A stretch of 64,000 nt of DNA from Candidatus Limnocylindrales bacterium (GTDB taxonomy: Bacteria > Chloroflexota > Limnocylindria > Limnocylindrales > CSP1-4), in assembly GCA_049521175.1 (NCBI GenBank), contig JBEKPB010000006.1:41296-105295 (forward strand), read 5' to 3'. Made by a program: the position numbers and the translations under genes. The notes below the pieces were generated by a model that made no database searches, was not told the DNA's origin, and worked only from the letters and a program-made list of their open reading frames with translations. This document shows, piece after piece, positions 1 through 9,471 of this stretch; the first letter of the stretch is position 1, and each line of letters opens with the position of its first letter.

Positions 1-816
1 GGTGCGCCACACAGCTTCCAGGCCGACCCGGTCGGCTGCGCCGGCGTGTTCGAAGGCGTATATCACCGGCAGTGTCATCTTGTGGCGGGCTACGTCGGTC
101 GGTTCCTTGCCCGTCGTCGCCTGCTCGCCCCAGATCCCGAGCAGGTCGTCGTTGAGTTGGAAGGCGATGCCGAGAGCCCAGCCGAAGGCGCGGTAGCGGG
201 CGATGATCTCCTCGTCGTCGGTGGCCAGGACGGCGCCGGCCTCGACCGAGGCGGCGATCAGGGCCGCAGTCTTTCGGCCGATCATGTCGAAATAGAGCTC
301 CACGGACATCGGCTCGGCGCGCTCGCTGGCCCAGATGTCGAGGTATTGGCCCTCGCACAGGGCCAGGCATGTGTCGTCGTGGAGCCTCATCAGTCGCAGG
401 ACCTTGGCGTCGGAGAAGCCCAGGTCCGTGAGCCTGTGGAGCGCCTTGCGGCTCAGAGTAAAGAGCAAGTCTCCGGCGTTGATCGCCTGCGGGATGCCAT
501 GGAGCGCCCATAGGGTCGGCCGGTGGCGGCGCTCGGTGTCGCCGTCCTCGATGTCGTCGTGGACCAGGCTGAAGTTGTGCCCGAGCTCCACGGCCGCCGC
601 TCCGGGCAGCGCGGCGCGGTAGTCGCCCGCGATCGAGGCGTAGGCCAGCAGCCCGAGCAACGGCCGCATCCGCTTTCCGGGGGAGCCGCTGCCGTCGAGC
701 CCGAGGTGGTACCGGCACATCGCATACAACTCGGCAGTCGGGATGTCCCGGTCGGAGACGAGCCGGAGGATCTCCTGCTCGGTATCTGCGAGCAGGTCGG
801 GTAGGGTCACGGGCAC
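1..816 (-). CDS. Polyprenyl diphosphate synthase (geranylgeranyl/farnesyl-PP synthase family); C-terminal end runs off window start
   Basis: Minus-strand translation gives GKRMRPLL, FSLVHDDIEDGD (first DDxxD motif) and FQLNDDLLGIWG (second motif). GTG start at complement 814-816. No stop before position 1. Confidence 0.85.
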   Translation of the reverse strand, partial: MPVTLPDLLADTEQEILRLVSDRDIPTAELYAMCRYHLGLDGSGSPGKRMRPLLGLLAYASIAGDYRAALPGAAAVELGHNFSLVHDDIEDGDTERRHRPTLWALHGIPQAINAGDLLFTLSRKALHRLTDLGFSDAKVLRLMRLHDDTCLALCEGQYLDIWASERAEPMSVELYFDMIGRKTAALIAASVEAGAVLATDDEEIIARYRAFGWALGIAFQLNDDLLGIWGEQATTGKEPTDVARHKMTLPVIYAFEHAGAADRVGLEAVWRT

Positions 817-944
817 TTGCACGCGCGGATCATAGCAACCGTCTTCAGGAATCGGCACCCACTGGCCGCTGGACGACCCCGCTGCCGAGCGACCCAAGGT
901 GTCCGGCGCTCCTGGTGGCCGCCGTCCCGACGACCCAGGCCGCC

Positions 945-1544
945 TCAGACGGGCTGGATGAAGGCCGAGCCCGGGAAGTCGTCCTCCGTGTCGTGCGGAC
1001 CCATCGGGCCGCCCTGGCGCATCTTGGCCGACGCCTCGTCGATCGTGACGTCGATCAGGTCCATGCGGGTCAAGTCCGTGTCCGCCGCAGGGGCGTAGTC
1101 GGCCGGCGTGCGCCGACCCGGGAAGTAGCGGTCGATCATGGCGTCGAGCAGGCGCCGCTTCTCGCTCACGTCCTCGATCAGACGGCCGCGTCCGTACGCC
1201 ACCACGCTGCGGTAGTTGGCCGAGTGGTCCGGCGCCGTCTTTGACGCGATGAGGTCGACCAGCTCGGTGACCGCGATCGCCACCGAGCGGCCATCGCGCA
1301 GCTGCCGGAGCGTGGCGTTGCCGGGAGAACCGTGCAAGTAGATGTGCCCCGATTCGTAGTGATAGAGAAACGGGATGAGGCGCGGCTCACCGTCCTCGAC
1401 GCAGGCTACGTGGGCAACCATGCCCGAGCACAGAAACTCCTCGATCCGGTCTGGGACGGCTCGATCGGCGTGGCGTCTGATTCGCGTCCGATCGGTTCGA
1501 GGACCGGGCACGGCGTAGTCGTTGGGGACGGCCTTCTCTTCCAT
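945..1544 (-). CDS. Pyridoxamine 5'-phosphate oxidase-family (PPOX-class, possibly F420/FMN-binding) protein
   Basis: 199-aa ORF with split-barrel-like N-terminus (CSGMVAHVACVEDGEPRLIPFLYHYESGHIYLHG), as in the Pyridox_oxase_2 family. Confidence 0.6.
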   Translation of the reverse strand: MEEKAVPNDYAVPGPRTDRTRIRRHADRAVPDRIEEFLCSGMVAHVACVEDGEPRLIPFLYHYESGHIYLHGSPGNATLRQLRDGRSVAIAVTELVDLIASKTAPDHSANYRSVVAYGRGRLIEDVSEKRRLLDAMIDRYFPGRRTPADYAPAADTDLTRMDLIDVTIDEASAKMRQGGPMGPHDTEDDFPGSAFIQPV

Positions 1545-1675
1545 GCCACAAGATTAGTGGCTGGGAATGGATCGCGGCGCCGGCGGCTCGCCCCGCGCCG
1601 TGCCCCAGCGGCCGCACACTGCCTGACCTGCGGTCCATGGCCGGCGCAGCGGCGGCATCGTGGTAGCGTGGTCCC

Positions 1676-2443
1676 GTGCCCGTTCCGCGCCTCTACGTCA
1701 CCGACGCGATCGTCCTGTCCCGCTTCGATTTCGGCGAGGCGGATCGGGTCATGACGCTCTTCACGCCCGAGCACGGCAAGCTCAAGGCGATCGCCAAGGG
1801 CGTGCGCCGGCCGACCAGCCGCCTGGGCGGAGCGCTCGAACCCCTGGCAGAACTGAGAGTGGCTCTGGCCCGCGGCCGGACCTTCGACGTGGTCACGCAG
1901 GTCGAGGTCACCCACGCCTGGCTGCGTCTGCGCGACTCGCTGGAGTCCGCCGCGACCGCCTGGTATCTGGCCGAGCTGGCGGACCGCTCGATCGAGGAAC
2001 GCCACGAGGCCGAGGGTCTCTATGCGCTGCTGCGCCGCGCCTACGAGCTGCTGGATGCCGGCATGGAGTCTGGCAGGGTCGCCCGCTGGTACGAGATGCA
2101 CCTGGCCGACGAGCTGGGCGTCCGCCCGGAGGTCGACCGCTGCGTCGAGTGCGACCGCATGCTCGAGCCGGACGAGCAGTTCCGGTGGGTGCCGCCGCTC
2201 GGCGGCCTGCTCTGCGCCCGCTGCCCCGGGCCGGCGATGGATCGGGCCGGCATCTCGGTCGATGCGGTCAAGGTGCTCAAGGCATACCAGCGGATGGATG
2301 TCGAGGCGCTTGCGGCGCTGCGCCTCCCGCCGGCAGTCGAGCGCGAGGTCGAAGGCGCGATGCGCGACTTCCTGCACGTCTCCCTCGAGCGCGACGCCCG
2401 CTCGCTCGATTTCCTCGACGAGGTCAGGCGAGGTTCGCGCTGA
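1676..2443 (+). CDS. recO: DNA repair protein RecO
   Basis: 255 aa. N-terminal OB-fold signature YVTDAIVLSRFDFGEADRVMTLFT. C-terminal zinc-finger CVECDR...CARC. Confidence 0.85.
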   Translation: MPVPRLYVTDAIVLSRFDFGEADRVMTLFTPEHGKLKAIAKGVRRPTSRLGGALEPLAELRVALARGRTFDVVTQVEVTHAWLRLRDSLESAATAWYLAELADRSIEERHEAEGLYALLRRAYELLDAGMESGRVARWYEMHLADELGVRPEVDRCVECDRMLEPDEQFRWVPPLGGLLCARCPGPAMDRAGISVDAVKVLKAYQRMDVEALAALRLPPAVEREVEGAMRDFLHVSLERDARSLDFLDEVRRGSR

Positions 2444-2457
2444 CGACGCCGGCCGCC

Positions 2458-3126
2458 CTATCGCTTGCGAGCGCGTCGGCGGCCCTTTGGCGCGCGAGCT
2501 CGAGCCCCGGTGCCGGCAACCGCCGGTCCGGTGCCGCGGAACTCGATCAGGTGCCGGCGCATGATGCCCTCGGTCCTGAGAACCGACATGGCCATCCCGC
2601 TGCCCAGCACCAGGTCGCCCCGGTTGATCCTGAGCATGATCCGGGCAACGGGGCCGAGGGCCTGCCGGTCGGCGAAGCCGCTGGGATCCTCGATCTGGAG
2701 CCTCAGCTCCCGTGGAGAATCCGGATACTTCCCGTCGCCGACGGTCGCAACCTCGTTCCATGATATCGGGCGCCGGCTGGGGAACGCCTCCCACCAGGAG
2801 GTCGGGCGGTTACCCGGGAACAGCTCGAACCCCTCCCTCGCGACCAGCAGGCGCACCGGGCTGGCCAGATGCTGCATGTCCATGAGGGAGCCCCTGATCC
2901 CGTATAGCACCAGCGTGAAGCCGCCGGCCGCATAGGCCAGACCGATGATCGTGTTTCCCGAGGACAGGTCGCCACTTCCCATGTAGGCGCCGAACAGTCC
3001 GAGCGGGACCATGCAGATCTCGAAGATCATCCTCAGCTTTGTCCTGCGGGTGTCGTCATAGATCGCGACCGCCGGCCCGAGGGCCGGGTGGCTGATCTTG
3101 GACTCGGCGGGCTGATCCGAAGCCAC
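2458..3126 (-). CDS. Hypothetical membrane protein (N-terminal TM pair plus PH-like/YdbS-like domain)
   Basis: 222-aa ORF immediately downstream of response regulator gene. Hydrophobic N-terminus. No recognisable catalytic motif. Confidence 0.4.
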   Translation of the reverse strand: MASDQPAESKISHPALGPAVAIYDDTRRTKLRMIFEICMVPLGLFGAYMGSGDLSSGNTIIGLAYAAGGFTLVLYGIRGSLMDMQHLASPVRLLVAREGFELFPGNRPTSWWEAFPSRRPISWNEVATVGDGKYPDSPRELRLQIEDPSGFADRQALGPVARIMLRINRGDLVLGSGMAMSVLRTEGIMRRHLIEFRGTGPAVAGTGARARAPKGRRRARKR

Positions 3127-3221
3127 GGGCTCTTCTCCTGACGATTGACGGGCGCCTCGCGCGCGCTGCCCATCATGACGGGTCAGGCCGGACCGGGTGC
3201 CGCGTTCGGCCGAGCCGAGAG

Positions 3222-3725
3222 CTACCCTCGGTCCGCCGAGATCGGGTCGGCGTCACGGGATGGGTCCTCGGGACCGCCGCCGCCGGCAGAACGAGCATTC
3301 GAGGTCGCGGTCTTGCGCGCCAGTGCCATGGCGACGCTGGACGCAAGCTGGTCGGCCGTGAACGGTTTTTGGAGCAGCAGCGCGCTGGCAGTGTGGGGCG
3401 CGGAAATCTCGGCGACGAGTTCGGGCGAGTACCCCGAAGTGAACAGAACGGCTGCCTCGGGGTGGCTGCGGTGCACTGCACCGGCGAGCACCGGGCCGCG
3501 CATGCGGGGCAGCATCACGTCGGTCAGAAGCAAGTCTATCGGCGTGGTGATTCGCGACGCCTGCGCGAGCGCGTCACGGCCGTCGCTCGAGACGATGACC
3601 TCGAAATTGAGGGCCTTCAACCACCTCGTGGTGATCCCGGCCACAGAAGGGTCGTCCTCGACGAGAAGTACCGTCAGAGGCCGCGTTGGCGTCGAAGACC
3701 GGACCTCATCCGGATCGGAACCCAT
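3222..3725 (-). CDS. Response regulator, receiver (REC) domain only, canonical Asp
   Basis: LTVLLVEDDP...IDLLLTDVMLPRMRG...LFTSGY...QKPF. Classic DD, D, T, K receiver residues. No output domain. Confidence 0.75.
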   Translation of the reverse strand: MGSDPDEVRSSTPTRPLTVLLVEDDPSVAGITTRWLKALNFEVIVSSDGRDALAQASRITTPIDLLLTDVMLPRMRGPVLAGAVHRSHPEAAVLFTSGYSPELVAEISAPHTASALLLQKPFTADQLASSVAMALARKTATSNARSAGGGGPEDPSRDADPISADRG

Positions 3726-3965
3726 GCCGAGTCCATACCTGCTTCACGCGCTCAGCATAGGCCTTCTCTGGGCCGGTTCAAACTCACCTATCGGCCGTGC
3801 AAGCTTCTTCGTTGCCAAGGCGGGTCGCACCCACCGGGCTCGCATGCGAGAATTACGCCCCGAGCGTCCAGCCGCTTGGCCGTCTCGAGATCCGAGCGGT
3901 TCGATCGCCCGCCCGTCCTAGATCAGCCCGCAGGAGGTTCACAGCCCCTGCCCGAGGAGACAAGA

Positions 3966-5378
3966 GTGACCGCCGCACAGCCGACACCGCCGGCCGACGA
4001 CCCGGGGCCTTCCGTCGCCAACCTCGAAACGATCGTCTCGCTGTCAAAGCGGCGCGGCTTCATCTTCCCGAGCTCGGAGATCTATGGCGGCATCAACGCC
4101 GTGTGGGATTACGGGCCACTCGGCGTCGAGCTCAAGAACAACGTCAAGCGAGCCTGGTGGCGGACCATGGTCCAGGAGCGCGACGACATCGTCGGCCTGG
4201 ACGCGGGCATCATCATGGCACCTCAGGTTTGGGTCACCTCCGGCCATGTCGCCAGCTTCACCGACCCACTCGTCGAGTGCCAGACTTGCCGGCGACGCTT
4301 CCGCCTCGACGAGCTGCCGGGCGCCGAGAACCTGACCAACACCGAGCTGGCCGACCCGACGGTCGTCGACCGCCTGGGCCTCAAGTGCCCGGTCGACGCC
4401 GGCCCGCTCTCCGCCCCGCGCCGCTTCAACCTGATGTTCAAGACCCACATGGGGCCGGTCGAGGAAGAGGGCAACGAGGTCTACCTGCGCCCGGAGACGG
4501 CCCAGGGCATCTACGTCAACTTCCGCAACGTCCGCGAGACGAGCCGTAAGAAGCTGCCGTTCGGCATTGCCCAGATCGGCAAGGCATTCCGCAACGAGAT
4601 CAGCCCCGGCAATTTCGTCTTCCGGATGCGCGAGTTCGAGCAGATGGAGATGCAGTACTTCGTCAAGCCCGAGACCGCGGCGGCTACGTTCGAGGCGTGG
4701 ATGCCAAAGCGCCTGGCCTGGTACGAGCGCTACGGCGTGACGCCCGAGCGGCTGCGCTTCCGCGAGCACCGCCCGGACGAGCTGGCCCACTACGCCAAGA
4801 AGGCCGTCGACATCGAGTACCGCTTCCCGTTCGGCTGGAAGGAGCTCGAAGGCATCCACAACCGCGGAGACTGGGACCTGGGCCGCCACCAGGAAGCCAC
4901 GGGCGAGAACCTCGAGTACTTCGATCCCGCCACCGAGGAGAAGTACGTGCCCTGGATCGTCGAGACCTCGGCCGGCGGCGATCGGGCGGCCTTCACGTTC
5001 CTGATCGACGCCTATCGTGAGGAAGAGGTCCGCGGCGAGAAGCGCGTCGTGCTGGGCTTCAACCCGGAGCTCGCCCCATACAAGGTGGCGGTCCTCCCGC
5101 TGCTCAAGAAGCGCGACGAGATCGTCGAGAAGTGCCACGCCATCCGCGACGATCTGGCCCGCGACATCATGGCGGTCTACGACGACACGGCCGCGATCGG
5201 CAAGCTGTACCGGCGCCAGGACGAGATCGGCACGCCGTGGTGCGTCACGGTCGACGTCGATTCACTGGAGGACGGCAAGGTCACGATCCGGGACCGCGAC
5301 TCGATGGAACAGATTCGGGTCGACATCTCGCAGGTGAAGCCGCTCATCCTCGAGCGGCTCGCGGAGGCAAGAGGTTAG
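3966..5378 (+). CDS. glyQS: Glycine--tRNA ligase (dimeric class II type)
   Basis: SLSKRRGFIFPSSEIYGG...WDYGPLGVELKNNVK motifs. GTG start at 3966 preceded by GGAGGA. About 470 aa. Confidence 0.9.
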   Translation: MTAAQPTPPADDPGPSVANLETIVSLSKRRGFIFPSSEIYGGINAVWDYGPLGVELKNNVKRAWWRTMVQERDDIVGLDAGIIMAPQVWVTSGHVASFTDPLVECQTCRRRFRLDELPGAENLTNTELADPTVVDRLGLKCPVDAGPLSAPRRFNLMFKTHMGPVEEEGNEVYLRPETAQGIYVNFRNVRETSRKKLPFGIAQIGKAFRNEISPGNFVFRMREFEQMEMQYFVKPETAAATFEAWMPKRLAWYERYGVTPERLRFREHRPDELAHYAKKAVDIEYRFPFGWKELEGIHNRGDWDLGRHQEATGENLEYFDPATEEKYVPWIVETSAGGDRAAFTFLIDAYREEEVRGEKRVVLGFNPELAPYKVAVLPLLKKRDEIVEKCHAIRDDLARDIMAVYDDTAAIGKLYRRQDEIGTPWCVTVDVDSLEDGKVTIRDRDSMEQIRVDISQVKPLILERLAEARG

Positions 5379-5384
5379 CGCGGG

Positions 5385-5409
5385 GTGGCAGCCATCGTGA
5401 GGGCCACCG
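5385..5409. terminator. Weak GC hairpin between convergent glyQS and Rieske genes
   Basis: ggtggc-N13-gccacc stem followed by a poor T-tract (ctttcttctt). Confidence 0.25.
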
Positions 5410-5463
5410 CCACGACCGCACTTTCTTCTTAGGAGAGGTCAACCGGAGTCGCAACACTGCGCT

Positions 5464-6333
5464 TCAGCCAACCCAACTCCGGACTTGCACTTTGCCCGCG
5501 ACCACCCTGACTTCGTAGCGGGCCTGGGGGAACGGGGCCGGGCCGCGTCCTACCGATCCGTCCGCCGTCCGGAAGCGCGAACCGTGCCACGGGCACGTCA
5601 CCTCGTCACCTCGAAGCGTCCCCTCGTGCAGCGGGCCCCCGGCATGGGAGCAGACCTCGCCGATCCCAGTAACGAGCTCGGCATGGCGAACCAGGAGGAC
5701 AGGCCGGCCATCCGCCTCGGCGTAGTTGAGTCCTTCGTTCAAATCGGACACGGGCCCGATCGTCACGAAGTCGTCGAGCGGCTCGCGGAAGGCATTGTGG
5801 TCGACCATCGATCCGAAGGCGAACGTCATCTCGCCGCCGAGAAATCCCCCGACCATCATCAGCCCGAAGCCGATGAACCCGAGGGCTCGACCGGCGAGCG
5901 AGTCTACCGGCCCCGAGAGCCGCACGATGCCGCTCGCGAGGAACAGGATCGTGACGCAAGCCATCACGAGGGCGTGCAGGATTCCGACGCGCTGCTCGAG
6001 CCCGTATGTGTCCTTGAAGTCGGTCAAGCCGGAGAGGACGGAGACGGCGGCGGCGGCCACACCCAGCCACAGCGCTACGGCCGCCGCCCCACTCAACCCT
6101 GCGCTCGGAACCGCGATCCCGATGGCGTCGAACGCCGCAACGACCGTCCAGGCACCGATCGCGACGCCGGTGATCATCGGATGGATCGGGTGTCCGAGCC
6201 ACGTCCCGGTGAGAAGGGACTGGAGCGGCCTGGCCCGGCGATAGAACGCGTCCGTCACGTCGGCGACCCAGCGTCCCAATCGATCGAGGCCCGGCACATG
6301 GCGGACGACTCGTACCACGACTCGTGATGCCAT
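5464..6333 (-). CDS. Rieske [2Fe-2S] domain protein with N-terminal DUF2231-like membrane domain
   Basis: C-terminal CSHAGGPL...CPWHGSRF Rieske boxes. N-terminal half has four or more hydrophobic helices. Confidence 0.65.
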   Translation of the reverse strand: MASRVVVRVVRHVPGLDRLGRWVADVTDAFYRRARPLQSLLTGTWLGHPIHPMITGVAIGAWTVVAAFDAIGIAVPSAGLSGAAAVALWLGVAAAAVSVLSGLTDFKDTYGLEQRVGILHALVMACVTILFLASGIVRLSGPVDSLAGRALGFIGFGLMMVGGFLGGEMTFAFGSMVDHNAFREPLDDFVTIGPVSDLNEGLNYAEADGRPVLLVRHAELVTGIGEVCSHAGGPLHEGTLRGDEVTCPWHGSRFRTADGSVGRGPAPFPQARYEVRVVAGKVQVRSWVG

Positions 6334-6513
6334 CCAAGACCTCCGTGCGGCCGTCTCAGCGGCCTGCGCTCTCCACCCGACCGTAGACTCGTACCTGCGC
6401 GGGAATGTGAGCCTGTCGGCCTGCGCGTTCCACCGTGCGCGCCGTCTAGGGTCGGGACGATTCGGCGGCGGGTGTGAAGCGCACGTGTGGGCGGGTGACC
6501 GCCGCGCTCGGCC

Positions 6514-8001
6514 TCAGTGGGCCGCAGGAGCCTCCAACGGAACCTCGACCGGAGACGGAAGGTCGCCGCGCAGGTACGCGTCGATGTTGCGGGCAGCCTT
6601 CTTGCCGTCGCCCATGGCCAGGATGACCGTGGCCGCGCCGCGGACGATGTCGCCGCCGGCGAAGACGCCGTCCATCGAGGTCTCGAGGTTGCCGTCGATC
6701 TCGATGTAGCCCCACTTGTTGATGCGGAGGTCGGGCGAGGTGGAGGTCAGGAGCGGGTTGGACCTGGTCCCGATCGCGACCACGACCATCTCGCACGGGA
6801 AGACGAACTCGGAGCCGGGGATCTCGACCGGCCGCCGGCGCCCCGAGGCGTCGGGCTCGCCGAGCTCCATGCGGATGCACTTGAGGCCGGTGACCCAGCC
6901 CTTCTCGTCGCCGAGCACTTCGACCGGCGCGGTCAGGAACTCGAAGCGGACGCCTTCCTGCTCGGCGTGGTGGACTTCCTCGCTGCGAGCCGGCAGCTCG
7001 GTTCGGGAGCGGCGATAGACGCACACCGCCTCGGCGGCGCCCAGCCGGCGCGCGGTCCGGACCGAGTCCATGGCCACGTTGCCGCCGCCCACGACCGCCA
7101 CCCGCTGGCCGTGCAGGACCGGCGTGTTCGAGTCGGGGTTGTAGGCGCCCATCAAGTTGACGCGCGTCAGGTACTCGTTCGCGGAGTAGACACCCTTCAG
7201 GTTCTCGCCGGGCACGTTCATGAAGACCGGCAGGCCTGCGCCGACCGCCACGAAGACGGCGTCGAATTCGGCGCGCAGCTCGGGCAGGGTGTAGGTCTTG
7301 CCGATGATCGAGTTCGGGCGGATCTCGACGCCGTCGGCGACCAGACGATCGACTTCCTTCTGGACGATGTCCTTGGGCAGTCGGAACTCCGGGATGCCGT
7401 AGATCAGCACGCCACCCGCAGCGTGAAAGGCCTCGAAGATCGTGACCTTGTGGCCGTGCTTGGTGAGCTCTCCGGCGGCGGTCAGGCCGGCTGGGCCGGA
7501 ACCTATGATCGCGACCTTCTTGCCGGATGGTGCCGGCTTGGCGGCGGTGAAGACATCGCGGTTGTTGATCGCCCAGTCGGCCACGAAACGCTCGAGATAG
7601 CCGATCGCCACTGGCGTGCCGGTCTTGGCGCGCAGGCAGACCTGCTCGCACTGGGTTTCTTGCGGGCAGACGCGCCCGGTGACGCACGGCAGGGCGTTGT
7701 CGCCGAGCAGTGAATCGGCGGCCCCCTTGACGTCGCCCTCGCCGAGGAGGCGGATGAAGTTGGGAATGTTGACGGAAACCGGGCAGCCGTCGATGCAGTA
7801 CGGCTTGGGGCACTGCAGGCAGCGGTCGGCCTCCATGATGGCCAGCTGCTCGGTGTAGCCGAGGTTGACCTCGGCGAAGTTGCGGGCCCGAGCCATGGCG
7901 TCCTGCTCGGGCATGGACCCGCGCTGGATCTTCATCCGCTCCTTCTTGGGAAGCGGCTCGGCATGCGCGGCAGCGCGGGCGGATAGGGTCAGGTCGTCCA
8001 T
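6514..8001 (-). CDS. nfnB: GltD/SudA/NfnB-like NAD(P)H-dependent oxidoreductase, large subunit (2x[4Fe-4S] + FAD/NAD(P) Rossmann folds)
   Basis: 496 aa from ATG at complement 7999-8001 (MDDLTLSARA). CLQCPKPYCIDGCPV, VAIIGSGPAGLTAAGEL, VAVVGGGNVAMD motifs. The 636-aa six-frame ORF is an upstream over-extension. Confidence 0.85.
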   Translation of the reverse strand: MDDLTLSARAAAHAEPLPKKERMKIQRGSMPEQDAMARARNFAEVNLGYTEQLAIMEADRCLQCPKPYCIDGCPVSVNIPNFIRLLGEGDVKGAADSLLGDNALPCVTGRVCPQETQCEQVCLRAKTGTPVAIGYLERFVADWAINNRDVFTAAKPAPSGKKVAIIGSGPAGLTAAGELTKHGHKVTIFEAFHAAGGVLIYGIPEFRLPKDIVQKEVDRLVADGVEIRPNSIIGKTYTLPELRAEFDAVFVAVGAGLPVFMNVPGENLKGVYSANEYLTRVNLMGAYNPDSNTPVLHGQRVAVVGGGNVAMDSVRTARRLGAAEAVCVYRRSRTELPARSEEVHHAEQEGVRFEFLTAPVEVLGDEKGWVTGLKCIRMELGEPDASGRRRPVEIPGSEFVFPCEMVVVAIGTRSNPLLTSTSPDLRINKWGYIEIDGNLETSMDGVFAGGDIVRGAATVILAMGDGKKAARNIDAYLRGDLPSPVEVPLEAPAAH

Positions 8002-8834
8002 CAGTGGGCCTCCGCGTGCGAGGCCTGCCAGCGCTCGAGGGCGGCCTGTTCGAATTCCCGGTAGGTAGTGAGCCGGTCGGCCAGCAGCCGGAAGTCGACC
8101 TTGTGGCCGTCGAACTCCGGGCCGTCCACGCAGGCGTACTGACTCTTGCCGTCGATGGCGACACGGCAGCCGCCGCACATGCCCGTCCCGTCGATCATGA
8201 TCGAGTTCAGCGAGACCGTCGTCTTGATGCCGTACGGCCGGGTCAGCTCGGAGCAGGCCCGCATCATCGGCACCGGACCGACGGCGAAGACCTCGTCGAT
8301 ACCGCCGGCTTCGCACAGGTCCTTGAGGGCCTCGGTCACGAAACCGTGGCGGCCGTAGCTGCCGTCGTCGGTGCAGACGATCACGTCGCCTGCGGCCCGC
8401 AGCTCGTCCTCGTAGATGACCCACTCCTTCGAGCGGCCACCGATGACGCTCGTCACCTTCACGCCGTTCCTGGCGAGGGCCTGGGCGATGGGGTAGACAA
8501 CCGCGGTGCCGACTCCGCCACCGACGCAGACCGCATGCCCGGCTTCCAGCAGCTCCGTGGGCCGGCCAAGCGGCCCGGCCACGTCCGTTATCGCGTCGCC
8601 GACCTGGAGCGTGGTCAGCTCGCTCGTGCTCGCTCCGATGGCCTGGATCACCAGGCTGATCGTCCCGGCCGACTTGTCGACGTCGGCGATGGTCAGAGGG
8701 ATGCGTTCCGCTCCGGGCCCGCGACGCACGATCACGAACTGCCCCGGCTGCCGGATCTCGGCAATGCGGGGCGCCTCGACGACGAGGCGGGTGACGTTCG
8801 GGGAAAGCTGGGACCTGGCGACTATGGGGTGCAT
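8001..8834 (-). CDS. nfnA: SudB/NfnA/PyrK-like FAD + [2Fe-2S] electron-transfer subunit
   Basis: 277 aa. C-terminal GTGMCGGC...C cluster motif. Stop overlaps nfnB start (ATGA). Confidence 0.8.
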   Translation of the reverse strand: MHPIVARSQLSPNVTRLVVEAPRIAEIRQPGQFVIVRRGPGAERIPLTIADVDKSAGTISLVIQAIGASTSELTTLQVGDAITDVAGPLGRPTELLEAGHAVCVGGGVGTAVVYPIAQALARNGVKVTSVIGGRSKEWVIYEDELRAAGDVIVCTDDGSYGRHGFVTEALKDLCEAGGIDEVFAVGPVPMMRACSELTRPYGIKTTVSLNSIMIDGTGMCGGCRVAIDGKSQYACVDGPEFDGHKVDFRLLADRLTTYREFEQAALERWQASHAEAH

Positions 8835-9074
8835 CTCACTCCGGTGGCATGGGGCGGCAAATATCGCTTGCTAAGGCAGTATGAATTACGGCAATGGTGG
8901 CCGTTGAAGGCCCTCGCCGGCACGCCCGGTGTGTACCTGTCGGCCGGGCCGAAGGTCACAACGTGAAACCCTCGGAACGGGTGGGCTCCCGGGTCGAGCG
9001 GCGGCTACCAGCCTAGCAGCGAACGGGTCATCGCGTGGATCTGGTTCAGTGGGACGGGCCCGAGCGACCCAGGC

Positions 9075-9470
9075 CTAGGGTTTGACCGCCGCCGGGTCGG
9101 CTCCGTGCCACTCCTCGTGGCCCGGCCGCGCGCCATCGAGACCCGCTTCCGCCCGAAGGTGAACGCGCCGGGCGTCGACGGACATCGACAGGCTCTTCTT
9201 GTTGCAGACCTCGACGCATACGCCGCACGCGATGCACGTCAGCTGCTCGATGGCCCAGTAGCGGTCGTCGCGGGAGGCGGTGATGGCGACCGCGGGGCAG
9301 CGCCGCGCGCAGAGCATGCAGAAGTTGCAGGACTCCACGTCGAACTCGATCGTGCCGCGCGCCCCAGCGAAGCGCGGCCGGACCTCGGTCGGGTAGAGGC
9401 GGGTTGCCGGTCGTGAGACCAGGTTGCGGAGCGACCGCCGGACCATGGGCAGGGTGAGGGGATTGGCCAT
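9075..9470 (-). CDS. echF: Ech hydrogenase subunit F (2x[4Fe-4S] ferredoxin, NuoI-like)
   Basis: CNFCMLCARRCP and CIACGVCVEVCN motifs. Last gene of the operon. Confidence 0.8.
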   Translation of the reverse strand: MANPLTLPMVRRSLRNLVSRPATRLYPTEVRPRFAGARGTIEFDVESCNFCMLCARRCPAVAITASRDDRYWAIEQLTCIACGVCVEVCNKKSLSMSVDARRVHLRAEAGLDGARPGHEEWHGADPAAVKP

Positions 9471-9471
9471 C

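Noticed and set aside
1406-2794. Long Arg/Gly-rich antisense ORFs typical of this window (also 4044-5138, 16018-17934, 40980-42482, 48562-50523, 28916-29656)
   Set aside because: They overlap, on the opposite strand or alternative frame, genes with strong conserved motifs (recO, glyQS, ppdK, dnaG, leuA, luciferase-like oxidoreductase). Composition is the Arg/Pro/Gly bias expected of non-coding frames in 70%-GC DNA.
3726-3965. T-box riboswitch upstream of glyQS
   Set aside because: No T-box consensus (AATTAGGGTGGTACCGCG-like) or specifier/antiterminator arrangement recognisable in the 240-nt leader.
8835-9074. Small ORFs or operator in the echF-nfnA gap
   Set aside because: Only a locally AT-richer promoter-like stretch (gcaaatatcgcttgctaaggcagtatgaattacgg). 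No ORF with start and RBS. Near-palindrome arms too short to call.
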